A DNA stretch of 64,000 nucleotides, from contig NW_003314387.1 in the NCBI RefSeq assembly GCF_000143415.4, forward strand, positions 124,001 through 188,000. Direction: 5' to 3'. Below, piece by piece: positions 36,405 through 49,159 of the stretch (positions are counted from its first letter, which is position 1; each line of letters starts with the position of its first letter). Source of the stretch: Selaginella moellendorffii (Eukaryota > Plantae > Lycopodiophyta). The notes under the pieces were generated by a model. That model was given only the letters and a program-made list of their open reading frames with translations. It had not been told where the DNA came from and searched no databases. Both the position numbers and the translations under genes were made by a program.

Positions 36405-38133
36405 TGTGAGACACAAAATCCCTAGGCCCTAAAGTGGAGCCGGAAGGATGCCACGTGGTAGTGACCAAAGCGAAAGCCAAACGAGCGTAACATGTTTGGA
36501 CTAAAAGCTCCGACTTGAAAGGTCGAGAGCGGGAGTGGAATTCCCAACAAAGGGCTCGAGGAACAAGCACGAAGCAAGTAATAAGCGAGACTCCAAAAAG
36601 GGACCCAAAAGGACCAACACATGACATGTGGAAGTGTCCAAGATGGACCCGAGTTGGAGTTCAAGATGGAGTCCGAGGTGGAGTCCGAGGTGGAGTTCGA
36701 GATGGAGTCCGAGATGGACCGAGACGGAGTCCGAGATGGAGTCCGAGGTGGAGTTCGAGATGGAGTCTGAGATGGAGTCTGAAGTGGAGTCCAAGATGGA
36801 GTCCGAGATGGACTCAGACAGAGTCCGAGATGGACTCAGACAGAGTCCGAGATGGAGTCCGAGATGGACTCAGACAGAGTCCGAGATGGAGTCCGAGATG
36901 GACCGAGACGGAGTCCGAGATGGAGTCCGAGATGGACTGAGACAAAGTCCGAGATGGAGTCCGAGATGGACCCAAGATGGAATCCGAGATGGAGTCCGAG
37001 AAGGACCCGAGATGGAGTTCGAGGTCGAGACCGAGACCGGGACCGAGACCGGGACCAAGACCGAGACCGAGATTGAGACCGAGACTGAGGCGGAGGTCGA
37101 GACCGAGCAGAGTCCGAGTCCGAATTCGAGTCTGAGAGGGTGAAAGCCCAAAGCATTCATCTCCCAGACTCTGGGGGGTTTGGTGAGCTCCAAAAGTATA
37201 GTAAGGGGGAGGACTGCAGTGGAGCCAGTTTGGCCAGGAAAGGCCAGTTTGGCCCAGGAAGGCCAGACCCAGTGTTGGGTGATGAACTGACCACTAGGAA
37301 GTCCAAGATTAGAGTGAATACGGACTGACAAGCGGGGTAGCCTGGTGAAGTGTTCAAGAGCCGGCTCTAGTTCCCCTGGGAGATCGACTGGCCGATGCTC
37401 CCAGTCCAAGTGTGGGTGGCACTACCTACTTGGATACCAGGCATGGCTCAACGGAACCTCGCTCTAAGCCCATGGCTAGAGCACCTAAAGGCAGAAGGTG
37501 GGGAGAGTACCCACAGGGCTTGTGTAGGCCCATGGTATTCTGAAATGTTGTCCCGGAGTCCCAAATGGGGGAAAGGAGGAGGAGCAATCCTCTAGTGTAG
37601 TGACTAAGGATACAGTCACATGGTGAGGAAGTCCCAGAGGACTATGGGACTTAGTAGTCGGGCCTGTGGGCCTTGATCTAGTGGCAGTGTCGGCGAACAT
37701 GGCCATGGACAGAAAAGGGATTTGGTAGGAACTGACAAAGGGATATTGAGGAAGGCTATTCCCCATGTTTGTAGACATCCTAAGGATGCTAAGGAGTGGA
37801 TCTAGGTTGACCACTCGTGGACGGATGGCTCAGTCTTGGAGAGATGGGATTGTGATGTAAGTGGTATTGGACCACAAGTGCGGCAAAGGTAAATGGGCAT
37901 GGCCTTAGCGTAACGGGCCGATATGTCAATGGTACCTTTGGGTGTTGGTCTTGGGACTGGACACGTGGAGCACTTGGACCAAGTGCAAGGGATGAGTGAC
38001 ATGGATGCCATTCTCGGGACTAGCAAGTCCCAAGTCCCGAATTGGACTTAAGGAGGTTGTGAATGAGACTCCTCCAAGTGGTCAGAGGTGTGGTTAAGTG
38101 ACTAAAGTAGAATGGAAAAATTAGTCGCTTACA
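36405..38133 (+). mobile_element. Solo LTR-A
   Basis: TGTGAGAC...GCTTACA termini; TSD GTTTC/GTTCC (one transition). Confidence 0.92.
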
Positions 38134-41100
38134 GTTCCCAACACAGGTAAATGCAAGTCAACAAATGAGTTTCTCTAACTAGGTCAAGTATACTTCACTA
38201 ATAATATTTAGGAATTCCATCCTTATGCTTATCAAGTCAAGTGCACACGTGATGACCAATTTTTTAACTAGTTTGGGTGGAGAACATAAAAGGAATTAGC
38301 AATATTAATCTCCTATCGTCATGGCAATAAAGAAAGAGTGTTTGTAAGGATTGGCCAACAAGTATTTTTTGATACCCGAAGTCATATTTGCGACACTCTC
38401 TAAAGATGTTAAAACTTAAACACCCTCCAACCGTCACCAACAAGGAAATGATTAATAGAGTTAGCCACCCTTGCTACTTTGAGTACCACTTGGCTTACAA
38501 GGAATGATACATCCATGCCCACAGGAACATACGGAGAGAGTTACAGGTCCAACTCTCCTGAACAAGAAATCAAACCTATTATGAAGATTTAAACAACTAT
38601 TATAAAGTGGTAGATGAAATTGTTTATATGACCACCCCCCTTTGCAAAAATGAGTTAACAAGAGAGAGGTAGGGACTTGTGATTAGTCTATAATAGTTAT
38701 CCCCGCACTAATGTGCTAAAGTTAACCTGCCAAAGCTAACCCAAGAACTTAATAAATAAGAGAAATGAAACTTTTGATTTAATAAAAATATATTACTTTA
38801 TTGATTTGCAAGATTTATTACAAGATTTATTGAAGTGATTCTTTATTACAATTCTCATACTCCATGACAAGCTCATGGGCATGCATAAGGTTGCTAAGAG
38901 GCTCCCACATTGATTCACAAAATGTTTCCATTTAATTAAATATTCTTTAGTATGACCACTACATTTTTGGCTACATGATAAAATGCTTTCAACTTTGTAT
39001 TCAAGTTCACCATCCATAACTTTTGATGGTGAATGAACCTCCCTTGATTTGCAATATCCATAGTGTAAGATGTTAATAAATTAGAATGAATTATATTATG
39101 AACATTGGACATTTCTGCAAAAAGATCCAACCGATAGGACACATTACTAATTTGTTTCAACACCCGATAATGATAATAGCTTCCAAGACAAAGATCCTTT
39201 AATATTCAAGTTTCGGGAAGATAGCCATACTTGATCTCCCACTTGATAGAATACATCCTGATAATGCTGATCCTTATCACATCAATACCTATCATGAGCT
39301 TTACCCATCGCCTCAGTAGCTTTAGACCAATTGTGGTGTAGTTGCTCTGCATAAATCTCAACATAATGGAACCAACATATAAGACATGATAGTGAGGGTG
39401 TTTAGTGGACGCAGTAAGTTACTATGTAATGATATTGAGGGACTAAACTCAACATTATGGGGTTCCTAACACTAGCAAGTGTAAGTCAACGAATGAGTTT
39501 CTCTAACCAGGTCAAGTATGCTTAACTAATAGCATTTAAGAATTCCATCCTTATGCTCATTTGATCAAGTGCATATATGATGATCAATTTCTCAATTAGC
39601 TTAGGTGGAGACCATAAAGGGAATCAATAGTACCGACCTTCTATCATTGTGGTAGTAAGGAGAGAGTGTCTGTAAATAATTCTCAATATGAGCATTTATA
39701 TGTTCAATCTACCCATTAGTTTGAGGATGATAAGTTGTACTAAACTTCAACTTAGTTCCGAATAACTAAAATAGTGTACCCTAAAACTTCTTTGTAAATC
39801 TTAAATCCCTATCCGAGATCATCTCTTTGGGAAAACCATGAATCTAGACTATTTCATGGAAAAAGAGCTTTGTTTCTTATTTCACATTTACTATTTCCAT
39901 AGTTAGAATGAAGTGTACAATTTTTGACAACCAATCCACAACCACCATCAAAGTATCATAACCCTTAGACTTCGGCAAGCAAGTAACAAAGTCAAGTGTC
40001 ACACTCTAAAATAGCTATGCCAATGCTAAAATGCATTGTAACTTCCTAACGTGCTTCTTAGTTCTTCGCTTACATTGCTAGCATATAGAACAAGAATAGA
40101 CATAATCTGCTACATCACCTTCCATACCAAACTAGAAAAATCCCTTTTTCAATGAAGCAAGAGTCTTTTTGTTTACCACCATATCCCACTACTAGATCAT
40201 GATGTTCCTGCAGAAATAGCTATCGTAGATCCTTAGAGGGAAGATATAATCTTTCTTACTTATAGAAAATAAGTCTATCCCGAACTAAGAAGTGAAGCTT
40301 TGCATTGGCACAACTAGCAACTTTTGCCACTTCACTACTAAGGTTCTATTTCGACAACTCCACACAGTGCAACATTTCCTTCGCCAATGAATCACTTCTA
40401 TATGAAGCTCAACATCCTCCAATTAATTTGAACTGATTGCCGATATTGCCCAGAATTGAGCATGATGACTCAACACATTTGGAACAATATTGTCTTTACT
40501 AGGTTTATAGATGATTTCAATATCAAATTTAGTGAGCTTCTCTTGCCAATGAGCCTACTTCAATATAAGCTTTAGTTGCATAGCAAAGTAGCTCAGTGTG
40601 TTACTATTTGTATAAACCTTGGTATGTCCATCCAAATAGTGTCTCTAGTGTTCCAACACCGAAACTATAGCAAACATCTCTTTCTCGTATGTTTGCCATC
40701 TTTGTTGGATTTCATCCAATTTTCTAGAATAAAATGCAATAGGTAAACCACATCACCTTAGTGTAACACCAACTGCATTGTCACAATCTTGTTGCAACAC
40801 GGCACCTATAGCATAGCTAGATGCATCACAATGCACATCTAAGGGTTTATCAAGATTTAGGATCTTGAGAATAGGAACTATAATCAAGATCTCCCTCAAC
40901 TATATAAAAGCATACTGACAAGTTGGTGTCCAATGAAATGGTATACTACCCTTCGTTAAGTTAGTCAATGGAAGAGAAATACTTGCAAAATTGTGAACAA
41001 ACTTATGATAGTATCCTGCCAAACCGAGAAAAGAACAAACATCTGATATAGTAGTCGAAACTTCCTAAGACTTCACCGCTTCAACTTTCTTTAAATCCAC

Positions 41101-41401
41101 CTCAATTATGCCACCACCAACTATATGTCTAAGAAAGTTTATATACAATTGTCCTTTGGGCTTTCACCCCTAACCACCCTTACTACCAGGAGTTAGTCTC
41201 TAAGACAAGCATGAAAACTCAGTAAATATGGAATGGTGTTAGATTGCGAATCTAGGAGCAAGAACAACACCTTCAAGACATTCTCTACATTTTATAGATA
41301 TGCCTTTTGAGTAAATCTAGATCTTTACCATAAATAGCATTTGAATCTAGAACGGAACCAACATATAAGACATAATAGCGAGGGTGTCTAGTGGATATGG
41401 T

Positions 41402-42562
41402 TGTAAGCCACAAATTTTTCCTTTCCGATTTGCTAGCTTACTTTGTATATCCAGCCACCAGAGCTTTAACCTTAGTTAAGCTCCCTTGCCAAAGTTCCCA
41501 TCTATTATACTACTTGGTCCTACTTGGTCTCAACAACTCACTACACAAGCAACGGAGCATTAGTTATCCATCCATAGAGTCCTAAATTCTCTCCTAATCC
41601 CCCTCCTTAGATTAGACTGGACTTAAGGTTTGGCTACACTTTCTGCAAGCACAAGCAGCCAAACACACCAAGCCGCTAGATTTCTAACATCCCTTGGTAC
41701 AATAAAACTTGATCATAGGACCCTTTAAATCCTAAGTTGTGGGTGCAACACTTGCTTTAGGACACTGGGGGGAAACACTGTGGCTTAACAGCAGTACTTC
41801 TATTCCCCCACTTCCATCCCAAAGGGAATGCCCGAGGACCAATGAGCTACAAGGTACTCAAGTGGGGCACCACTCCACATGAGCTAAGAGCATTGTAGTT
41901 TGTTTCCCTTCTGAGAGTGGGAGTTACTCTTGAGCACTTCCTTGGGTGGCCCCTTCAGCACCACCTAAGTCCATGCTCACTCCCACCAAAGGCCTCTAAG
42001 CCCCAATCTCAACCTCAAGTCAGTTCGGAAGCACCACTGGAGAGTTCCTTCAAAACTAGTTCCTAGACCTCATTATCTCTATTATACTTTTGGAACCCCT
42101 AAAGCCCCCCCCTCTTGGGAGACACACACTCTGGGCTTTCACCCCATGACTTGTATTTATAATCGGACTCAGTTTCGGACTCGATCTTGGACTCGATCTC
42201 AGACTCGACCTCAAACTCGGACTTGATCTTGGACCTGACTTCGGACTCTATCTCAGACTCGATCTTGGACTCAGTCTTGGACTTGATCTTGGAGTCAATC
42301 TCGAAGTCAGTCTTGAACTTGGTCTCGGACTTGGTCTCAATCTTAGTCTCAAAGTCAATCTCGAACTAGTCTCGGACTCGGTCTCAAACTCAGTCTCAGA
42401 GTCAGTCTTGGACTTGATCTTAGACTCGGTCTCGAACTATGTCTCAGATTCGATATTGAACTCGATCGTGGACTCGGTCTTATCCGATGAACTCTTTATC
42501 ATTTTGGTTATGCTTTCAAGGATCCTTCAGCCTACAACAGCTCAGGGAGTTGGTTCCTTACA
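41402..42562 (-). mobile_element. Solo LTR-C (satellite-bearing, 1.16 kb)
   Basis: TGTAAG...CTTACA termini; TSD ATGGT/ACGGT; collinear with 32524-33651. Confidence 0.9.
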
Positions 42563-42665
42563 ACGGTAAGCTACCATATAACAATATTGAGGGACTAAAC
42601 TCAATACCATAGGGGTTCCCAACACTAATAAGTGCAAGTCAACGAATGAATTTCTTTAACTAGGT

Positions 42666-43260
42666 TGTAAGCTCATGAGTTTGGACTTCTCGGGAGGTCA
42701 CCTAGCCCAGTACTATTCAAACCCAAGGACGTTTAACCCCAAATATCCCAAGACCCTTAACCGATTGGAAAAGGGGGTGCACTCTTGTTCATGGGCCCTT
42801 TCCCTCTATATTTGAACCCCAATGGATCGTTTCTCGAGTCGTTCCCTTTGGTTGCTTACAATCCACCATGCTTCCCTGCAAGTTCACGCCTTCGTGAACG
42901 GAAGCTGAGAGCCACAACTCTCCTGAGAGCCCCGCTCTCTTGACACCCTACCCCTCGGGTCGAGCCCAGCGGGAGCAAACTGGACTAGCCAGATGTCAAT
43001 CAACATGTGGTGCGATTCCCCTAGCCAACCAACAGAGTCGGACTCGAGACCTCTTTGATACCAAATGTAAGCTCATGAGTTTGGATTTCTCGGGATGTCA
43101 CCCAGCCCAGTACTATTCAAACCCAAGGACGCTTAACCCCAAATATCCCAAGACCCTTAACCGATTAAAAAAGGGGGTGCACTCTTGTTCATGGGCCCTT
43201 TCCCTTTATATTTGAACCCCAATGGATCGTTTCTCGAGTCGTTCCCTTTGGTTGCTTACA
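42666..43260 (-). mobile_element. Complete Cassandra-type TRIM (595 bp) with 5S rRNA-derived LTRs
   Basis: 195-bp LTRs at 42666-42860 and 43066-43260 (TGTAAGC...GCTTACA), perfect TSD TAGGT and PBS tggtatcaaag. The LTR minus strand reads gttaagcgtccttgggtttgaatagtactgggctgggtgac, matching 5S box A, intermediate element and box C. Confidence 0.93.
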
Positions 43261-46200
43261 TAGGTCAAGTATATTTAACTAATAGCATTTAGAAATTCAT
43301 CTAATCAAGTGCATATGTGATGACCAATTTTTTAATTAGCTTGGGTGGAGAACATAAAGGGAATCAGTAGTATCAACCTCCTATTGTCATGGCAGTAAGG
43401 AGAGAGTGTTTGTAAGGACTAGCCGACAAATTTCTTTTGATACCCAAAGTTACATTAGCGATACTGTTGGCCCCACTTGCTTGCTTTTTGGATTTACTCT
43501 TCTTAAACTCTAAGGACTTATTTTTAGAGAAACTTGTTTTGAATTTCTTTTCTCTCAATTGAATCCCTTACTAAATATAGACCCAAACCTAGTTAAATTC
43601 CCTTTTGCAAGTTCTTATTAAAATGCATCTTGATAGCCACATCTAGCTTCTTTATAATTTGTTGGGTTATAGTGTATCACCTTTTCTTGAGCCTACGTCT
43701 TGCAATCTTGAGATAAAGGTATAAAACTATTACAAATGTGATTGTAGGTATAGAAAGTTACTTGTTAATGAGTTCTTTCAGATATTCTTTCTTTACTACC
43801 ATGACAGTAGAAGACTAATATAGTTGATTCCCTTTCTCAACCCCTTTTGCTCAAGTGTTAGTAAATTGGGATTAACATTTGTACTTAGCTAAATAGATAT
43901 AAAGTATTAGGAACTCCTATGTGTTTCTTGTTGAATATCTTTCCTATATTGCACAAGCGATTCAATCATACCTCAAGGTTGATGGACTAAGACAATTCGG
44001 TTTGCAGGTCTAGCATTGGATGTGTCACATTTGTTTCTTGTTTATTCAAAAAATGCCCTCCACTTTAGTGTCTTAGAGGTACCCTTCTTCCTTCATTTGC
44101 TTGTCCAGCTACTGAATCTCTGCATAAATTTCATCTCTCTATGGACGTGGCATGATAGAAGAAAAGTCCAATGACCTATAAACTCACTTCTCTCTCTCTA
44201 TGAGACTCACACAAATGGGTGCAAAAGAGCCATCTAGGCAAGTTTCTTACTCTCAAGTCTGATATTCATTTTGCTGGTGTTTATATTACAAAACAGACAA
44301 ATAATAACATCAATTATTAATTTTGATTTCCCGTCTCTACACAATGCATTAATGAAGCTAAGAACTATTATTTCCCTCAAAAAGGCCTGGAAGAACCAAA
44401 CTAAAGCACAAACTGCTGGTTGGTTTTTTTTTTTTTTTTTTGCTAGCAGCAAGGTTGTTTTTTTGTAGAGACAAATCAATCTGGAATCCTAGATTTTCCT
44501 ACAGACACAATCAAGGCTGTGTAAGAAATGTTGTGTAAGGGATTAGAGCATAGATTGTGGCACTTCTATCACTGACTTAAAGGTATACAACCATTTTTCC
44601 AAATGGTCTTTACCACATATTGAATTTAGTTGCATTGTAAGAGGCTACAGAAAGAAACTTCAAACCATTACCATTTCAAAAGAAATGACTTCACTTTCAC
44701 TCCATATTTCCCAATGCCCTTTTATGAAATGTAATGGATAAGCACCTATCTGTAGAAACTTTGAAAGATAAACCACATTCCTAGCAAATTAGAACCTACT
44801 TTAATCTCTTTGATAAAGGGTAAACCAAAATAATTGTACTCTTTTCAAACAAATATACTCTTTTCTTATAAATCAAGTCATTGTTCTTCTCCTTGGTGGA
44901 GCACTTCTTTCTCTTAATACACACAAACTTTACATTATACTTAACAATTGCTTTATGCTTGAATGTGAGTGGACAATTTTTTTCTCATATAGTGTAGTGG
45001 AGAATCCTCTAATCAATAATTTCCATAGTTTGAGTAAAATGATGCATAGACTCAAAACAATTTTTGCAAATGAGAAATATAAAAGAGTTACTTTTATTAA
45101 TAATTATGAAAAATTAACACATGCTACTAACATCAGAATGAGAAACAAATGTAAAAGGATTTAATGGGTGAAATAGATGTTTTTTTTACTTAATAAATCC
45201 ATATGCCAAATTATATAAAATGTTAAAAGACATTTAAGAGAAACTACACAGTGAAACTTCAAATTCGACACAAATATATGGGTTTGTAAAGTAGTGATGT
45301 ATGCTAGCTGGGATTCTAGCTCCACTGGAAAATATAATTTAAAATAAATATGAAAAAATTCCAGAATAAAATTTAATTGTTTTAGCAAAAGTTTTAGTGA
45401 TTCGTTTAAATATTACAATAATTTTTTAAATTGGTATTTTTAAATAGTTTATAGTATAGTTGTAAAATTTTATATGAGTAATGGAGAGAGTAGTTTTTAG
45501 AATAATGTTTAGTGCTAATAAGTTTAAAGCATATTAAGAGCATAAAAATAAGACTAATACTATTTTAAAACCTTTTATGGGAAATAAGAAAACAGAATAA
45601 ACCGAATCTAAAATATATAATTGGGAATACTATACTTCTTCACTATCCTTTTATTTAAAGTTTCCAATTGAATGATACACTTTGACTATGTATTTTGAAA
45701 TAATAAGATCCACCATCACTCATCTCTTCAATATTATCACCCATGGATGCAAAGGTTAATACACTATTGTAACTTGATGGTTGTGGATGCGGTGGAGAGT
45801 ATAATCCAGGGGACAATGTCAACAACAAGGAGGACATGGATGCTTGAGTTATGCTCCTGGGACCAAATCCCTGCTCAATTGATCTCGCCAGCGATGCTGC
45901 CCGCTAGTGCTCAATGTATTTCTTCGTCTTGCACACATAGAGCAAGAAATTTTTGCACTAAATCATGATTTGCTGAAGGAAAATATCATTGTAAAAACTT
46001 TAAGGAATATAAAATATTGGCTTCATAAATTAATTGCAATTCCATATACAATTGGCAAATGCTTAAACCAACCTTGAAATTATAATTTTGAACTGAAACA
46101 AGGAATTTCAAAAGACATTATAGTTCATAAAGCACCATTACAACAAACAATACATTTACCCATTGACAATCCTTCAAGACCACTGTTAATTCAAAATTTT

Positions 46201-46896
46201 CTATGAAAGAGACACGACCACTAAGACTGTGAAAAAGTCTTAAAAAAATCCATTAAGACTAAGTTTCTGTGTGAAAAAGAAAAGCAATACAATGCACACA
46301 ATATTTTTCCATAGCACCTTTGTAATCTCCTTCACAAAAATCATTAGGATTTATGTTGATATAATTTTTTAATTTAAATTATTTTTCCACTTCATTAACA
46401 ATCATTTCCTGCTCATTGTTCTAATAATAACATTGCTTCCATTTAGAACTAAATTAACTGTTTTTCACTTTCAGTTTTGGACCATTATTGTGTCTATACA
46501 TGACTATTAGTTGTTTGGTCATTAAAGCTTTTATGTGTATTAGGCATTCATCATTTTCCTCACAAATTTTAAAGTAAGCTTATAGGCAACTTTATAGACA
46601 ATTGAATAAACAAGTGAGTAAGCAAGTGATATTAAGAAATAGGATAGTATGATAAGGATTATCAATTTCCCAAATTTAATAAAAGTCTTATGGTGTTTGA
46701 AACTTTTTTTTGTGAACCACAAGTCTTATCACAAATATAAGAATGTGTTGGGATTTTGGAGATAATAGTATTTTTTTAATCCATATATTATTGTTTTTTA
46801 GTTTTTCTATATATATATATACATTCTGTAAACATCTGTGGCATTGATTTTTTTCATATGTAAGAACATATAACTCATCTTGGCTACACAATTGAT

Positions 46897-49081
46897 TCAA
46901 TGGAGAAATTCAGTGTCTTGAGAATTATAAGAGTACCAAAGAAACATCACTGGAGAGGACACGTTGTAAGAAGTCCCTGCGTGAAACCCCTCGTCGATGC
47001 CAAGTTCTTCGACAGCAAGGCTTTGATCCGTGCTAAGCCACCAGCGTTTGAGAAGAAAACCATGCCTAGCGGCGCTGGAAGTTATCTGCGCTTCGTCGAT
47101 CCTCCTGGCCAGATGACACAGCAGCAGGCTTGGCTTGGAGCTCGCAGCACTAGAAAGCAGCTGCTTGGCGGTCTCGAACAGCGCGGGCAGCGCCTCTTCA
47201 ACGTAAGTCACGTCTGTTCCAAAGATGAACTCGAATCCTCCGGAGAAACGGCCTAGAACCGAGGAGATCTCGCCACAGTCACCCCATTGCAGCCTCTGGC
47301 AGGATATCTTGTCCACAGGGAAAGTTTGAGCGTTGGCTTGGATGTTTTGCTGGAGCAAGTCGAGAGCTTGAGTGTCCGCGTCCGTGGTGAGGACATGCCT
47401 TGCGGAGAGCGACGCTAGCAACGAGCAGAGGCCGACGCATCCACTGCCGAGTTCTAGCACGGTCTTGTTTCGGAGAAGAGATGGAAATCGTAGCAGCAGC
47501 TGGGACATTGCCAGGGCAGATTCCCACAGCATTAGTCCTGTGCTCTTGCATGTGTGCTGGTGGCTGCGGGATATCGACTTTGCAACGATACGATAGTCCC
47601 CAAGCTCGACCGCGGTCTCCTGGAACGAGAAACTAGATAGTACCACTTTTGATTCGAGTGTTACGAACCAACCTCAGGAACTGGTGCTTCTATGAACAAG
47701 TCCTCTCCCAGGCCATCTAGCGAGCACGATGCATCTTCTCCAGGTTCTTCTTTGAGAACAAAGGCGCCTTGAATCCATTTCCTGAAAGAGAAGTACACGA
47801 ACAAGTTCAAGTATCGTCGTAGGAAAGAAAGAGAGCACTGTGAAACCTGTCCATAGCAAGGCCCTTGGATCGGTTCTCCACGACCTTGCAAACGACGTCG
47901 AGCGCCTCCACTGCGAAGCCTTCTTTCATAAAGAGCTCGGAGAGGAAGTCTTCGGAAAAATAAAACGCGCGCTAAAGCCTCATGTCAGATGCGTGCAAAA
48001 AACAAATCAATATCAATGTTACCATACCGTGCCATCTCCACGCACGAAAAAATTCTCACTAATCTGCTGGTCCTTCTTTCTGAATCTTTCCTGCATATCA
48101 AGAAGGATATCAGTGTCTCCCAAGCCAAACTAGTTCCAGGCGCTCACCTCGGACAGATCTCCTACCGCATAATCCCTGAGAAGAACATGTCCACCAGGCT
48201 GCACAGCACTGTGTCAAAAACTTCACGTTTCAAGTTTTATCGACCTTAAGCACTCTCTTGATGTTTGCCAAGACACCAGACATTCGATCCGGAGATACTG
48301 CTGAAAGCATAAACACCTGCAAATAGAAAACCAAGCCTCAATACTTCATTGTTGATCGCTCAAAAACTTTACCAGGGTCACAATGTCAGCTGACGAAGAA
48401 GGCATGTGTTCCGTCAATTGTTCCGATGTCACGTCACAAACAAAAGCATTGGCCCGACTGTCGATATAGTCGCTGTGTGCCTAAGACCAAAAGGAGAGAA
48501 GTTCCTGTAGTGGAAAAGAACCAAAGTAGCCGAACCTTCACAATCTCAATCGCTCGAGGAGAGAAATCGCATCCATGCACAAATATGTGGGGGTACTCCG
48601 CCAGCAAAGGAAAAATCGTGTTGCCTACACCACAGCCAACCTACTAAAGAGTAATCGAGAATGGATGAAGTAAACCACTCCATACCTCAAGCACAACTCC
48701 AGCGCTAGAGGCATTTGGGGTACGCGATGAATTCTAGAAAGAAAAAAATGCCAAGAGATTGAGAAAAAAAAAGGAGAACCTACACTCTAGAAACTTACCA
48801 AGTTCGTGAAATAGTTCCCCCATTCTTTGTCCAAGTAATGTCGATCCTTGAAAAACTATTGCCCTGTTAGCGAGACCGGAAGAAAGAATAGAGAGAAAAG
48901 AGAGCCATTACTCTGTTCTCATTGCGCTTGTAGAACTTGTCCCAGTAGCGCATTGCCTCCCTTTCATACTTGTCTGGAAGAAATCGAGCGATTGATCACA
49001 GGACAATCGATCGAGCTGCCATAGATCCATACCTCGCCAGAACGCCGAGACGAGCTGCGACTTGGTGGGATAGATCTGCAT
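46897..49081 (-). CDS. Multi-exon dual-domain SAM methyltransferase (METTL2/6-like tRNA m3C domain plus Methyltransf_16-type domain)
   Basis: Exons give [16 protein letters not shown]|[21 protein letters not shown]|[13 protein letters not shown]...LE|[12 protein letters not shown]. The last exon gives [10 protein letters not shown]...VLELGSG. Short introns. Span given; exon boundaries are approximate. Confidence 0.88.
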
Positions 49082-49126
49082 CGCCAGACGGGCGCTGGCT
49101 CGCCCAAGATCCTGGACGAAAATGAT

Positions 49127-49135
49127 AAACCCTAG
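49127..49135 (+). promoter_or_regulatory. Telo-box (AAACCCTAG) in the divergent promoter
   Basis: The motif lies in the 78-bp gap between the methyltransferase and PPR start codons. Confidence 0.55.
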
Positions 49136-49159
49136 CGGCCCTGGAAGGAAGAAATAAAA

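Larger units (their letters stand above)
35890..43463 (-). mobile_element. Old decayed chromovirus of the LTR-B family (LTR remnants 35890-38394 and 41155-43463; pol remnant about 38830-41150) with nested insertions
   Basis: Chromodomain DGELEYKVESIL...YLIKWK, integrase, RNase H and RT remnants on the minus strand. 3' UTR homologous to 27000-27596. Confidence 0.75.

Noticed and set aside
42683-42737. 5S rRNA gene
   Set aside because: Only the central ~55 nt are present, embedded in TRIM LTRs. It is not a full ~120-nt gene.
44000-46890. AT-rich region with short ORFs and a possible DNA-transposon remnant
   Set aside because: No TIRs, TSD or convincing protein motifs were found.
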